Positions 1 through 7,864 of a stretch of 25,078 nucleotides of DNA are shown here, piece by piece. The notes under the pieces were generated by a model. That model did no database searches and was not told the origin of the DNA. It saw only the letters and a list, made by a program, of their open reading frames with translations. A program made the position numbers and the translations under genes. This DNA is from a virus (taxonomy: Duplodnaviria; Caudoviricetes). Numbering within the stretch: position 1 is the stretch's first letter; the number at the start of each line of letters is the position of its first letter. The stretch covers positions 1-25,078 of the IMG/VR virus record IMGVR_UViG_3300032024_000005; one strand, given 5' to 3'.

Positions 1-207
1 AAGGCTCTTATAGAACTCCAACGTGTTGCTACAGACCCCGGGCACAAGTCCTCCTACGAAGCTAACAAGTACCTCCTCTCCGGCCTGTGGAAGCAGGACA
101 AGGGCAAGCAGGGCCGTCCCAGCAAAGAAGAGATCAAACGTCAGGCTAATGAACTCTTCCTCTCAAAGAACGACACAACCGAAGATTTGAAGCGGATTAC
201 CAACTAA
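1..207 (+). CDS. Probable terminase small subunit, C-terminal part (5' end outside window)
   Basis: Frame 1 is open from base 1 to TAA at 205-207: KALIELQRVATDPGHKSSYEANKYLLSGLWKQDKGKQGRPSKEEIKRQANELF...DLKRITN*. The ANKYL...GRPSKEE pattern resembles, from memory, small proteins upstream of TerL in this phage type. The stop overlaps the next ATG (TAATG). Not in the ORF track. Confidence 0.55.
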   Translation, partial: KALIELQRVATDPGHKSSYEANKYLLSGLWKQDKGKQGRPSKEEIKRQANELFLSKNDTTEDLKRITN

Positions 208-476
208 TGGCCATCAAACCCCCTAACCAAGCCTCCAAGGTCAGAGAAGCTCCCAATACCTTTGCCCAGAAGCGGCTCCGTGAGCGCAAGGGCGAGTACA
301 GGGAATTCGACCAAAACCCTAGGTCCCCTAAAGAAGATAGGCAAGCCTCTAAAGGTGACCGTATCTACAACAAACCAGAATTCAAACAAGCCGTAAAGAA
401 GACCGAGGATGATTTCTCTAATCGGTCTTACGGCATCTTAAAGAGATTGGACGGCAGCTCCGTCCCAAGGAGATGA
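207..476 (+). CDS. Hypothetical basic, hydrophilic protein (89 aa)
   Basis: Overlaps both neighbours (TAATG at 205-209, ATGA at 473-476). K/R/E/D-rich with no recognisable motif. Confidence 0.7.
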   Translation: MAIKPPNQASKVREAPNTFAQKRLRERKGEYREFDQNPRSPKEDRQASKGDRIYNKPEFKQAVKKTEDDFSNRSYGILKRLDGSSVPRR

Positions 477-790
477 CAATGCCTCGTGTACCCATGCCTA
501 ACGGCTATACCTACGAAACCGTAGCAGCCTCTCAGACTGACCAAGCCCTAGGCCCTGCTGGAGCTAAGGGTGACTACTTACACAGAATTATCATGGTTGT
601 GGCTACGGCTGCCACTGGTGCTGTGGACATTCAAGACGGCACAGATACAGCTATCTCCCTCCAGCCAAACTCCCCCGGCGGTGGTGTTGGTACTTACAGT
701 ATTGAGATTAACGCTGTCTCCAAAACAGGGGCTTGGTCAGTTACCACTGGTGCAGGCGTCTCCGTTATAGCTATTGGAAGCTTTACGTAA
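473..790 (+). CDS. Small beta-rich putative virion accessory protein (105 aa)
   Basis: G/A/T/V-rich with alternating beta-strand patterns (YETVAASQT...GDYLHRII...WSVTTGAGVSVIAIG). Overlaps the neighbouring stop and start codons. Confidence 0.6.
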   Translation: MTMPRVPMPNGYTYETVAASQTDQALGPAGAKGDYLHRIIMVVATAATGAVDIQDGTDTAISLQPNSPGGGVGTYSIEINAVSKTGAWSVTTGAGVSVIAIGSFT

Positions 791-1230
791 TGTCAGCAAC
801 AAATGCATTTGAAACAGCCCTCCTAACACTATATTTCAATAACACCGACCATGCCAACGTAGGTGATGCTGCTGGTATCCAGAACTCGGCCACGGCTGGC
901 TCATTTTACATCTCTCTCCACACAGGCGATCCCGGTGAAACCGGAGACCAGACGACCTCAGAGGCGACCTATACAAGTTATGCCCGTGTCGCTGTAGCCC
1001 GCTCAGGCGCTGGCTGGACCATTTCTGGTGCTAACGCTAGTAACGCCGCAGCTATTAGCTTCCCTGCTGCGACTGGTGGTACGAATACTATTACTCACTT
1101 CGGCATCGGTAGCGACTCCTCAGCCGCTGGCAACCTCTTCTTTAAAGGCGCTCTTACCGCCTCTATCGCAATCTCCTCAGGAATTACTCCGTCATTCGCA
1201 ATTGGCGAATTAGACGTCAACTTGGATTAA
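790..1230 (+). CDS. Putative virion structural or tail-fibre-associated protein (146 aa)
   Basis: The start is more likely ATG 790 (TAATG overlap) than 733. Motifs FYISLHTGDPGETG, EATYTSYARVAV, ISFPAATGG and ITHFGI match a widespread small phage fibre-associated family as I recall it. Confidence 0.65.
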   Translation: MSATNAFETALLTLYFNNTDHANVGDAAGIQNSATAGSFYISLHTGDPGETGDQTTSEATYTSYARVAVARSGAGWTISGANASNAAAISFPAATGGTNTITHFGIGSDSSAAGNLFFKGALTASIAISSGITPSFAIGELDVNLD

Positions 1231-1236
1231 CAGACT

Positions 1237-2067
1237 TTGGCTCTTGTCTACGCAGATCGTGTTCAGGAAACCTCTACCACCACCGGAACAGGTACGTATG
1301 ACCTTGCTGGTGCCGTAACAGGGTTTCAGACCTTCGTGGCTGGAATAGCTACTGGGAATACATGCTACTACACTGCGACAGATGGAACTGACTGGGAAGT
1401 CGGCCTTGGCACGGTCACTGATGCCGCGACAGATACACTGGCCAGGACGACAATTCTTGCCTCATCCAATGCGGGTGCTGCCGTAAGTTGGGGTGCTGGG
1501 GCTAAAACCCTGTTTGTCACCATACCCGCTTCCATAGTTGGAGGTTGGGTGCCTATAGCGACACTAACGCCAAGCGCTGCTGCAACAGCGGTGAAAACAG
1601 ACCTTTCGGCCTACCGTGCGCTGAGGATTACTGGGATAAATCTCATCCCCGCCACCGATGGCGTAACTTTTTTCATTCGACTGTCATCTGACAATGGTTC
1701 GAGCTACCTGGCAACAAATTATGCAGGCTTCCAATACGGCAAAGATAGTGCTGGCCCAGCCCTTACCATTAAAGCAACTGACACCACGGCTTTTGAATTA
1801 GAAACTGCCGGCACAGGCGGTTCTGACCAGATAGGCAACGCTGCCACCGATGGCGGGCTGGATTTTGAGATACTTATTTTCAGCTTCAATGCCGCCCAAA
1901 AGACAAAGGCTTTTGGAAAATTTGTCTATGGCAGTGAGGCCGGGAATATCCAGGGGGGTGAACTTCAGGAATGGCATACCGGGCAAACCGCGATGGATGC
2001 CATTCAGTTTTTGTTTTCATCTGGAAACATTACCTCTGGAACGATTGTCATTGAAGGCATGGTCTAA
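1237..2067 (+). CDS. Putative short tail fibre or adhesin-like protein (276 aa, two domains)
   Basis: TTG start. The N-terminal ~100 aa (ADRVQETSTTTGTG...WEVGLGT...LARTTILASSN...LFVTIPAS) look like a common fibre N-terminal module. The C-terminal domain ends FSSGNITSGTIVIEGM, a pattern common in aquatic phage fibre heads. Confidence 0.6.
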   Translation: MALVYADRVQETSTTTGTGTYDLAGAVTGFQTFVAGIATGNTCYYTATDGTDWEVGLGTVTDAATDTLARTTILASSNAGAAVSWGAGAKTLFVTIPASIVGGWVPIATLTPSAAATAVKTDLSAYRALRITGINLIPATDGVTFFIRLSSDNGSSYLATNYAGFQYGKDSAGPALTIKATDTTAFELETAGTGGSDQIGNAATDGGLDFEILIFSFNAAQKTKAFGKFVYGSEAGNIQGGELQEWHTGQTAMDAIQFLFSSGNITSGTIVIEGMV

Positions 2068-2070
2068 CCC

Positions 2071-2640
2071 ATGCTCGGCTTTCATGCAATATCAGTTGCC
2101 CCTATTTCTTCCCTTGTTATTGTTACGGGGGATATGGCGGCAACCACAAGCGTCGCATTTTCCACAAGTGCGACTCTTGTAGGCTCAGGTGCACTCCTTG
2201 GTATTACAAGTCCTACATTCTCTTTGTCAGGCACTGTTCAAGGCTCTGGGGCGCTCCTAGGCGCTACAACACTTACCTTCAGCCCCACAGCTACTGGCAT
2301 GCTGTTGGGGGTTCTAGCGGGCTCTATAAGCCCGGCATTCTCTTTATCAGGGACTGTGCGAGGCGCTGGAGCCCTCCTAGGCACCACGTCTGTCGCTTTC
2401 TCCCCAACCGCCGCTATGTTGGCAGTAGCATTTACTTCAGGTACGGCATCTTTTGTCTTCACTGTATCAGGAGGTATTACCCAACTTCCAGACTACACAT
2501 GGCAAAACCCAGATGGTTTAATCATTATCTACGGAACTGGGAGTGGAAGCTCCTTCCCCAGCATCATAAGGCCCAACCCCGGCGAGCCACCCGGTAAGCT
2601 TATCTACAACAGATCAAAGAGACATGGATATAGGAAATAG
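2071..2640 (+). CDS. Repeat-containing putative fibre protein (189 aa)
   Basis: N-terminal MLGFHAISVAPISSL, then six 20-aa G/A/S/T-rich repeats and a basic C-terminus. The TAG stop overlaps the GTG start of terL. Confidence 0.6.
   Translation: MLGFHAISVAPISSLVIVTGDMAATTSVAFSTSATLVGSGALLGITSPTFSLSGTVQGSGALLGATTLTFSPTATGMLLGVLAGSISPAFSLSGTVRGAGALLGTTSVAFSPTAAMLAVAFTSGTASFVFTVSGGITQLPDYTWQNPDGLIIIYGTGSGSSFPSIIRPNPGEPPGKLIYNRSKRHGYRK
2125..2484 (+). repeat. Six degenerate 60-nt (20-aa) coding repeats with a 120-nt super-period
   Basis: TGDMAATTSVAFSTSATLVG / SGALLGITSPTFSLSGTVQG / SGALLGATTLTFSPTATGML / LGVLAGSISPAFSLSGTVRG / AGALLGTTSVAFSPTAAMLA / VAFTSGTASFVFTVSGGITQ. DNA at 2218 (ttctctttgtcaggcactgt...ctcctaggc) matches DNA at 2338 (ttctctttatcagggactgt...ctcctaggc). 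Confidence 0.8.
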
Positions 2641-4199
2641 TGGCAATAGACGTAAAAGACCAAATACGTACAATAGCAGAAGGTGACCTTGAAGCATTCA
2701 TTAAACTCGTTCAGCCCCAAAGAGTCCTCGGAGATGTTCATAAGGAACTTATCCGCTGGTGGACACGTAGCGACGCCCGGTCTCACCAAATGGTCCTTCT
2801 GCCACGAGATCATGCCAAGAGCTACTTCGCCGCGTGCAGAGCAGCTTGGGAAATTACTAAAAACCCGGCAATTCGCATTCTCTACATTTCCTCTACCAGT
2901 AATCTCGCGGAAAAGCAACTAGGTCTTATAAAGCAGATCATTACGTCCCCAGTCTATCGTAAGTACTGGCCTGATATGACCCACCCGGATGAAGGCAAAC
3001 GAGAGAAGTGGACTAATAACGAAATCTCAGTAGACCACCCACTCCGCAAGATTGAGGCTATCCGTGATCCGACTGTCTTTACCGCAGGTCTTACTACTAA
3101 CGTTGTGGGTATGCACTGTGACATTGCCATTCTGGATGACGTCGTTACAAACGAAACAGCCTATACCGAAGAAGGCCGTGAAAAGGTCAGAACCCAGTAT
3201 TCACTCCTTGCTTCAATCGAGGGCGCAGATGCCCTTGAATGGGTGGTAGGCACTAGATACCATCCGAAGGACCTTTACAACGACTTACTCGCATCAAAGA
3301 TCGAACTATACGATGATACTGGAGAGCTTGTTTCGGACGAGCCCCTGTACGAAATCTTCCAGCGTGAAGTCGAAGACATGGGAGACGGTACTGGGACTTA
3401 CCTTTGGCCCAAGCAGCAACGAGCTGATGGTAAGTGGTTTGGTTTCGATCAGAATATTCTAGCTAAGAAGTATGCTCAGTACATTGACAAAACACAGTTC
3501 AGAGCCCAGTACTACAACAACCCGAATGACGCAGGCACGGCTTCGATCAAACCGGAATTCTTCCAATACTACGACCGCGCAAAACTTACCAGATCAGATG
3601 GCAAGTGGTACTACCAAGGTCAGAGACTCAATATCTTTGCCGCGATTGACTTCGCTTATTCTATCAGACTTAAAGCAGACTTCACATCGATTGTTGTGGT
3701 GGGTGTAGACGCTCTAGGAAATCACTACGTCCTTGACATCGAGCGGTTCAGAACCCAGATGATTAGTGATTACTTCGCGAAGATACTTCAGCTTCATGTC
3801 CGTTGGGACTTCAGGAAGCTACGTGCCGAAGTGACGTCCGCCCAAGAAATCATCGTTAAAGATTTGAAAGAAAACTACATCCGTCGTCATGGCCTATCTC
3901 TCTCAATTGACGAACACCGCCCCACTAGACAAGACGGCCAGAAGATCGAACGTATCGAAGCCATCCTCCAGCCGAAGTATAGTAATCGTCAAATGTGGCA
4001 CTACCACGGTGGTAACACACAAATACTTGAAGAAGAACTCATCCAGCAGAACCCTGCACACGATGACGTCAAGGACGCACTAGCTAACGCTGTCGCAATC
4101 TGCATTCCTCCGATGGCAAGCCGTTTAAGTTCACAAGCGCCGAGCTGGCAGAAGCCCGGTATCATAAATCCTCGTTTTGGTGGAATATCAGTTGGCTAA
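2640..4199 (+). CDS. terL: Terminase large subunit (519 aa)
   Basis: Walker A-like LLPRDHAKS, Walker B IAILDD, coupling motif VGTRY, RNase H-like nuclease motifs AAIDFA and HDDVKDA. Lies directly upstream of the portal. Confidence 0.93.
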   Translation: MAIDVKDQIRTIAEGDLEAFIKLVQPQRVLGDVHKELIRWWTRSDARSHQMVLLPRDHAKSYFAACRAAWEITKNPAIRILYISSTSNLAEKQLGLIKQIITSPVYRKYWPDMTHPDEGKREKWTNNEISVDHPLRKIEAIRDPTVFTAGLTTNVVGMHCDIAILDDVVTNETAYTEEGREKVRTQYSLLASIEGADALEWVVGTRYHPKDLYNDLLASKIELYDDTGELVSDEPLYEIFQREVEDMGDGTGTYLWPKQQRADGKWFGFDQNILAKKYAQYIDKTQFRAQYYNNPNDAGTASIKPEFFQYYDRAKLTRSDGKWYYQGQRLNIFAAIDFAYSIRLKADFTSIVVVGVDALGNHYVLDIERFRTQMISDYFAKILQLHVRWDFRKLRAEVTSAQEIIVKDLKENYIRRHGLSLSIDEHRPTRQDGQKIERIEAILQPKYSNRQMWHYHGGNTQILEEELIQQNPAHDDVKDALANAVAICIPPMASRLSSQAPSWQKPGIINPRFGGISVG

Positions 4200-5988
4200 C
4201 GGAAGTACATTAGATTTAGATAATATCCTAGTAAAGGATGATATAGCCTGTGAGTTATCGCGTCTATATATGGACTGGGAAATCCGCAGGGCTCCTTGGG
4301 TAAAGGAGAAGGCAGAAATACAGCGGTATGTCTTTGCTATAGATACTACAAATACAACCAACGCAGCCCTCCCCTGGAAGAATACGACTCACGTTCCTAA
4401 GCTCTGCCAGATCAGAGACAACCTCTTCGCTAACTACATGGCAGCTCTATTCCCAAAGTCCGATTGGCTGGAGTACATCGGAGCTGATCGATCTGAGCAG
4501 ACGAAGACTAAAGTCGACACAATTAAAGCCTATATGCAGCTTCTTATTGAACGGCCTGAGTTCAAGGCTGAAGTCTCCAAGATGCTTTATGACTTCATTG
4601 ACTATGGCAACGTCATCGCTGGTGTTGAGTGGATTGATGAAACCCAAACTATAAAGAACAAGAATACTCAGAAGATTGGCTTCGTAGGCCCAGTGCCTAA
4701 GCGGTACTCTCCTATCGACGTTCTATTTAATCCAATTGCACCATCCTTCAACAGGACTGGTAAGTTCATCAGAAGTCAAATGACTATGGGTGACTTTGCC
4801 ACGCAGTTGGCTCAAGAGACCCCTGCTGATAATCAAGAGGCTAGTCAAAAGCTATTAGCCTACATGCGCGACCTTCGTATTATGACTGGCAGGACAGCAG
4901 GTACGTATGACATCAAGAATGAAATCCTGAATATTTCGGGGTTTACTGACTATATCTCCTACCTTCGGAGTAATTACGTTGAAGTACTGACCTTCTATGG
5001 TGACTACTATGATATCGTTTCAGGAACACTCCATCAGAATAAAATCATTACTATCGTCGATAGACACAAACTGGTTTCGATTGTAGATAACCCAAGCCTG
5101 CTTGCTACAGACGGTCTCCATCACTGTGGCTGGCGCATCCGCCAAGACAGCCTGTACGCTATGGGTCCGCTAGATAACCTCGTTGGAATGCAATACCGCA
5201 TCGATCATCTTGAGAATTTGAAGGCCGACTGCTTCGATCTCATCGCATTCCCTCCTCTTATGATTAAGGGCCTAGTCGATGACTTTAAATGGGGCCCGAT
5301 GGAGCGTATAAACGTAGGCGAAGACGGGGATGTCAAACTTCTGTCTCCTGACGTAAACGCACTACAAGCCAACCTCGAAATCAACAATCTCATGAACTTG
5401 ATGGAGGAGATGGCTGGCAGCCCTAAGGAAGCCGCAGGCTTCAGGACTCCGGGTGAGAAGACCATGTACGAAGTCCAGCGTCTTGAGAACGCAGCTGCCC
5501 GTATCTTCGCTACCAAGATTCTACAGTTCTCGGTAATGCTCGAAGAGCTTCTAAACGACATGCTTGAGATGGCCCGTAGGAAGGCTACGTCACAGACTAT
5601 AAGGATGTTTGACTCTGAGTCATCTGCTGTTGTCTTCATGGATATAACTACAGACGATATCTCTGGCACTGGGCGCATTCGCCCAATGGCTGCACGGAAC
5701 TTCGCTGAGAAGGCAGAGCGCGTACAGAATATTAATAACTTCTTCCAATCTACACTTGGCCAAGATCAAGACATTAAGGCCCACTTCTCAAGCATTAAAC
5801 TCGCTGAGATGTTTGAAGACCTTCTTGACATTGACCAATACGATCTTGTCCAGCCTTATATTCGTTTGTCTGAAGAGGCTCAGGCTCAACGCCTGCAACA
5901 GGCAGGACAAGAACAGACCCAGATGGCAGCTTCTACACCATCGGGATTGACCCCCGAAGACCAGCCAGAGGATATCAGTCTACAATGA
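4192..5988 (+). CDS. Portal (head-tail connector) protein (~598 aa)
   Basis: Size and position after terL, with podoviral portal-like segments (LYDFIDYGNVIA, LYAMGPLDNLVGMQYRIDHLEN, GFRTPGEKTMYEVQRL) and a Q-rich C-terminus. The start is probably TTG 4192; GTG 4177 is the in-frame alternative. Confidence 0.88.
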   Translation: MANGSTLDLDNILVKDDIACELSRLYMDWEIRRAPWVKEKAEIQRYVFAIDTTNTTNAALPWKNTTHVPKLCQIRDNLFANYMAALFPKSDWLEYIGADRSEQTKTKVDTIKAYMQLLIERPEFKAEVSKMLYDFIDYGNVIAGVEWIDETQTIKNKNTQKIGFVGPVPKRYSPIDVLFNPIAPSFNRTGKFIRSQMTMGDFATQLAQETPADNQEASQKLLAYMRDLRIMTGRTAGTYDIKNEILNISGFTDYISYLRSNYVEVLTFYGDYYDIVSGTLHQNKIITIVDRHKLVSIVDNPSLLATDGLHHCGWRIRQDSLYAMGPLDNLVGMQYRIDHLENLKADCFDLIAFPPLMIKGLVDDFKWGPMERINVGEDGDVKLLSPDVNALQANLEINNLMNLMEEMAGSPKEAAGFRTPGEKTMYEVQRLENAAARIFATKILQFSVMLEELLNDMLEMARRKATSQTIRMFDSESSAVVFMDITTDDISGTGRIRPMAARNFAEKAERVQNINNFFQSTLGQDQDIKAHFSSIKLAEMFEDLLDIDQYDLVQPYIRLSEEAQAQRLQQAGQEQTQMAASTPSGLTPEDQPEDISLQ

Positions 5989-6245
5989 AAGCAGTATGGA
6001 CTCAAGACCTCCGAGACCAAAAGGCACGAGACGAAAGAGCTTCCGCGATAAAGAATTCAACGGTATTGATTAACAGACTGTTGACTATACTCTCAGACAA
6101 ATTCGAAATGATTGAGAGAAAAGGGTTCTCAGAAGAAGATTACATCTCCGCAGAGAACCTTCCTGAACTCCAAGCTTTCCGCAATGGCAAGCTTGCAACC
6201 TATAAAGAAATCGCAGACCTATTCGATTTCAAAACAGAAAGATAA
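5985..6245 (+). CDS. Hypothetical protein between portal and scaffold (86 aa)
   Basis: ATGA overlap with the portal stop; predicted helical; ends QAFRNGKLATYKEIADLF. Confidence 0.75.
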   Translation: MKAVWTQDLRDQKARDERASAIKNSTVLINRLLTILSDKFEMIERKGFSEEDYISAENLPELQAFRNGKLATYKEIADLFDFKTER

Positions 6246-6247
6246 GC

Positions 6248-6985
6248 ATGACCAAGCTTTTTACAGAAGACGATCTCGAAGACACAAATGAGATCGAAAT
6301 CCCCACAGACGCCCCCCTGAAACCCTTCCTTGAGAAATACAAGGATGAAAAGGGTGTAGCGAAAGCTATCGTCGAAAAGGATACCTTCATTGCCAGACTT
6401 CAGAGAGAGAACGCAGAGTTCCGTGCTAAGCAGGTAAATGAAGGAAATGTTGCAGAGATAGTTGACCGGCTGCTCGCATCCCGTACACCCACTCCCAATC
6501 CAGAGCTAGGCACCCCGCCCGGTTCCCAACAGAGTGAACAACCACAAACTCCATCAGGAATTTCTATCGCTGATGTAGAAAAACTGTTAGCCCAAAAGGA
6601 TCAACAGAACGCTGCTAAGACTAACGCCATCCAAGTCAGACAAGAGCTTGAAAAACTCTATGGTCAGAACTGGGTCTCGGAAGTCAAAAAGAAGGCAAAA
6701 GACCTTGGTGAAAGTCTCGAATTTATGGAGACACTAGCCCAGACTAAGCCCGCTGTTATGTTGAAATTGTTTACGACTGTTACAGAACCCCCACGGGCAC
6801 CTCTGTTTAACAATACCGTAAACACTACAGCAGCTACCCTAAACGCTGGGACTAACCAGCAGAGGACTATGAAGTATTATCAGGATATGAGGGCTAAAGA
6901 CCTCGTCCGGTATAACTCACCCGCTGTTCAGAACCAGATGCACAAGGACGCACTACAACTACGAGAGGCTTTCTTTGATGTCTAA
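6248..6985 (+). CDS. Capsid scaffolding protein (245 aa)
   Basis: Lies immediately before the capsid gene. Acidic N-terminus, coiled-coil segments (DTFIARLQRENAEFRAK) and a P/Q/S/T-rich linker. Confidence 0.75.
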   Translation: MTKLFTEDDLEDTNEIEIPTDAPLKPFLEKYKDEKGVAKAIVEKDTFIARLQRENAEFRAKQVNEGNVAEIVDRLLASRTPTPNPELGTPPGSQQSEQPQTPSGISIADVEKLLAQKDQQNAAKTNAIQVRQELEKLYGQNWVSEVKKKAKDLGESLEFMETLAQTKPAVMLKLFTTVTEPPRAPLFNNTVNTTAATLNAGTNQQRTMKYYQDMRAKDLVRYNSPAVQNQMHKDALQLREAFFDV

Positions 6986-7009
6986 TTTTAACATCACAGG
7001 AAATAACAC

Positions 7010-7234
7010 ATGAGTGGTTTTTCAGTCGCTGCGAACGATCATCTGATCCGTTCGAATTTGTGGTCGAGCCAGTTGAAGGAAGTGTTTGATGCCGAGCTGA
7101 TGGGAATGCAGTATGTAGACATTATTACTGACTTCCCTGATGGCACGACTCTCAATATTCCGTCTATCGGTCAGGCCGAAGTCCTCGATTACGTCGAAGG
7201 ACAAGCTGTAAGATACTCTTCAATGGATACCGGT
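7010..7234 (+). CDS. Major capsid protein, exon 1 (75 codons, MSGFS...SSMDTG)
   Basis: SD (AGGA) upstream of ATG 7010. Capsid-like N-terminus (LIRSNLWSSQL...DFPDGTTLNIPSIG). Ends at the U of the predicted U-G 5' splice pair (7234), exactly on a codon boundary. Confidence 0.88.
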
Positions 7235-7864
7235 TGCACAGTACACTGAAGTTGCCGGTTTAAAATTTCGCTATATGCTGGAACACCTTAAAACTTGAAG
7301 TACTAATTAGTGAAAATCTTCAAGGTAAAAACCCCACTGAGGGAAGGCAATCAGCAGGAAAGGACAATATGACTAATACCGAATTAGCATGGTTGGCAGG
7401 CATTTGGGAAGGGGAGGGAAGTATCCTTCTTTACTCTAGGCCAGTCGATAACAATAGAATACAAATAACACCATCTCTACAAATGTCTAATACCGACGTG
7501 CACATAATGAATAAAGCACGTAAGATATTAGAAGAACTTGGTTGTAGTTTTTCATGGCGGCAATACCGCCCTAAGAAAGGCACTAGAGATTGTTATAGAT
7601 TATCTTCGTCTAACGCAGAGTATATAAGCAAAACTCTTTCTGAAATTCTGCCTTATATGTACGGCGAGAAGAAGGCAATAGGTGAGACACTACTTGCATT
7701 CACTTCTAGGAGAGTGGAAAAAGCCAAGGATCAAAAAGGCGGTTTCAAGCACACTCCCTATGACGAGGAAGATTACGAATTCGTCCGTTCCTCAGAGACT
7801 ACACGCGAAAAGGCTTCGGCCTAAGATATAGTCCAACCCTCTCGGGAGACCTTGAGGTATTCTG
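7235..7864 (+). mobile_element. Group I self-splicing intron (630 nt, IB-like core) carrying a homing endonuclease gene
   Basis: Core elements: P ATATGCTGGAAC 7273-7284, Q AATCAGCAGG 7349-7358, R TCAGAGACTACA 7792-7803, S AAGATATAGTCC 7823-7834. Helices: P3 TTTCGC 7266-7271 with GCGAAA 7805-7810, P7 GACTA/TAGTC, P8 AGGC-TTCG-GCCT 7811-7822, P9 with a GAGA tetraloop 7838-7857, terminal G 7864. P1: exon ACCGGT 7229-7234 pairs with GCCGGT 7254-7259 (U-G wobble). P10: TGAAGTT 7247-7253 pairs with exon 2 AACTTCA 7865-7871. Confidence 0.95.
7369..7824 (+). CDS. Intron-encoded single-motif LAGLIDADG homing endonuclease (151 aa)
   Basis: N-terminal ELAWLAGIWEGEGSI is a LAGLIDADG helix, followed by beta-strand segments and the typical C-terminal LSEILPYMYGEKK. 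Inserted in the P6 loop of the intron. Confidence 0.9.
   Translation: MTNTELAWLAGIWEGEGSILLYSRPVDNNRIQITPSLQMSNTDVHIMNKARKILEELGCSFSWRQYRPKKGTRDCYRLSSSNAEYISKTLSEILPYMYGEKKAIGETLLAFTSRRVEKAKDQKGGFKHTPYDEEDYEFVRSSETTREKASA

Noticed and set aside
733-789. N-terminal extension of the 733-1230 ORF (likewise 9845-9877 and 25015-25035)
   Set aside because: Better starts exist at 790 (TAATG overlap), 9878 (AAGGAG SD) and 25014 (GGAGG SD).
2640-5988. Intein or second intron in terminase or portal
   Set aside because: Lengths are normal, frames are uninterrupted, and I saw no intein terminal motifs or LAGLIDADG blocks.
6986-7009. Repeated phage-RNAP promoter (T7-like) upstream of late genes
   Set aside because: I found no conserved ~20-bp motif shared by the few intergenic gaps. 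A motif search on the whole genome would be needed.
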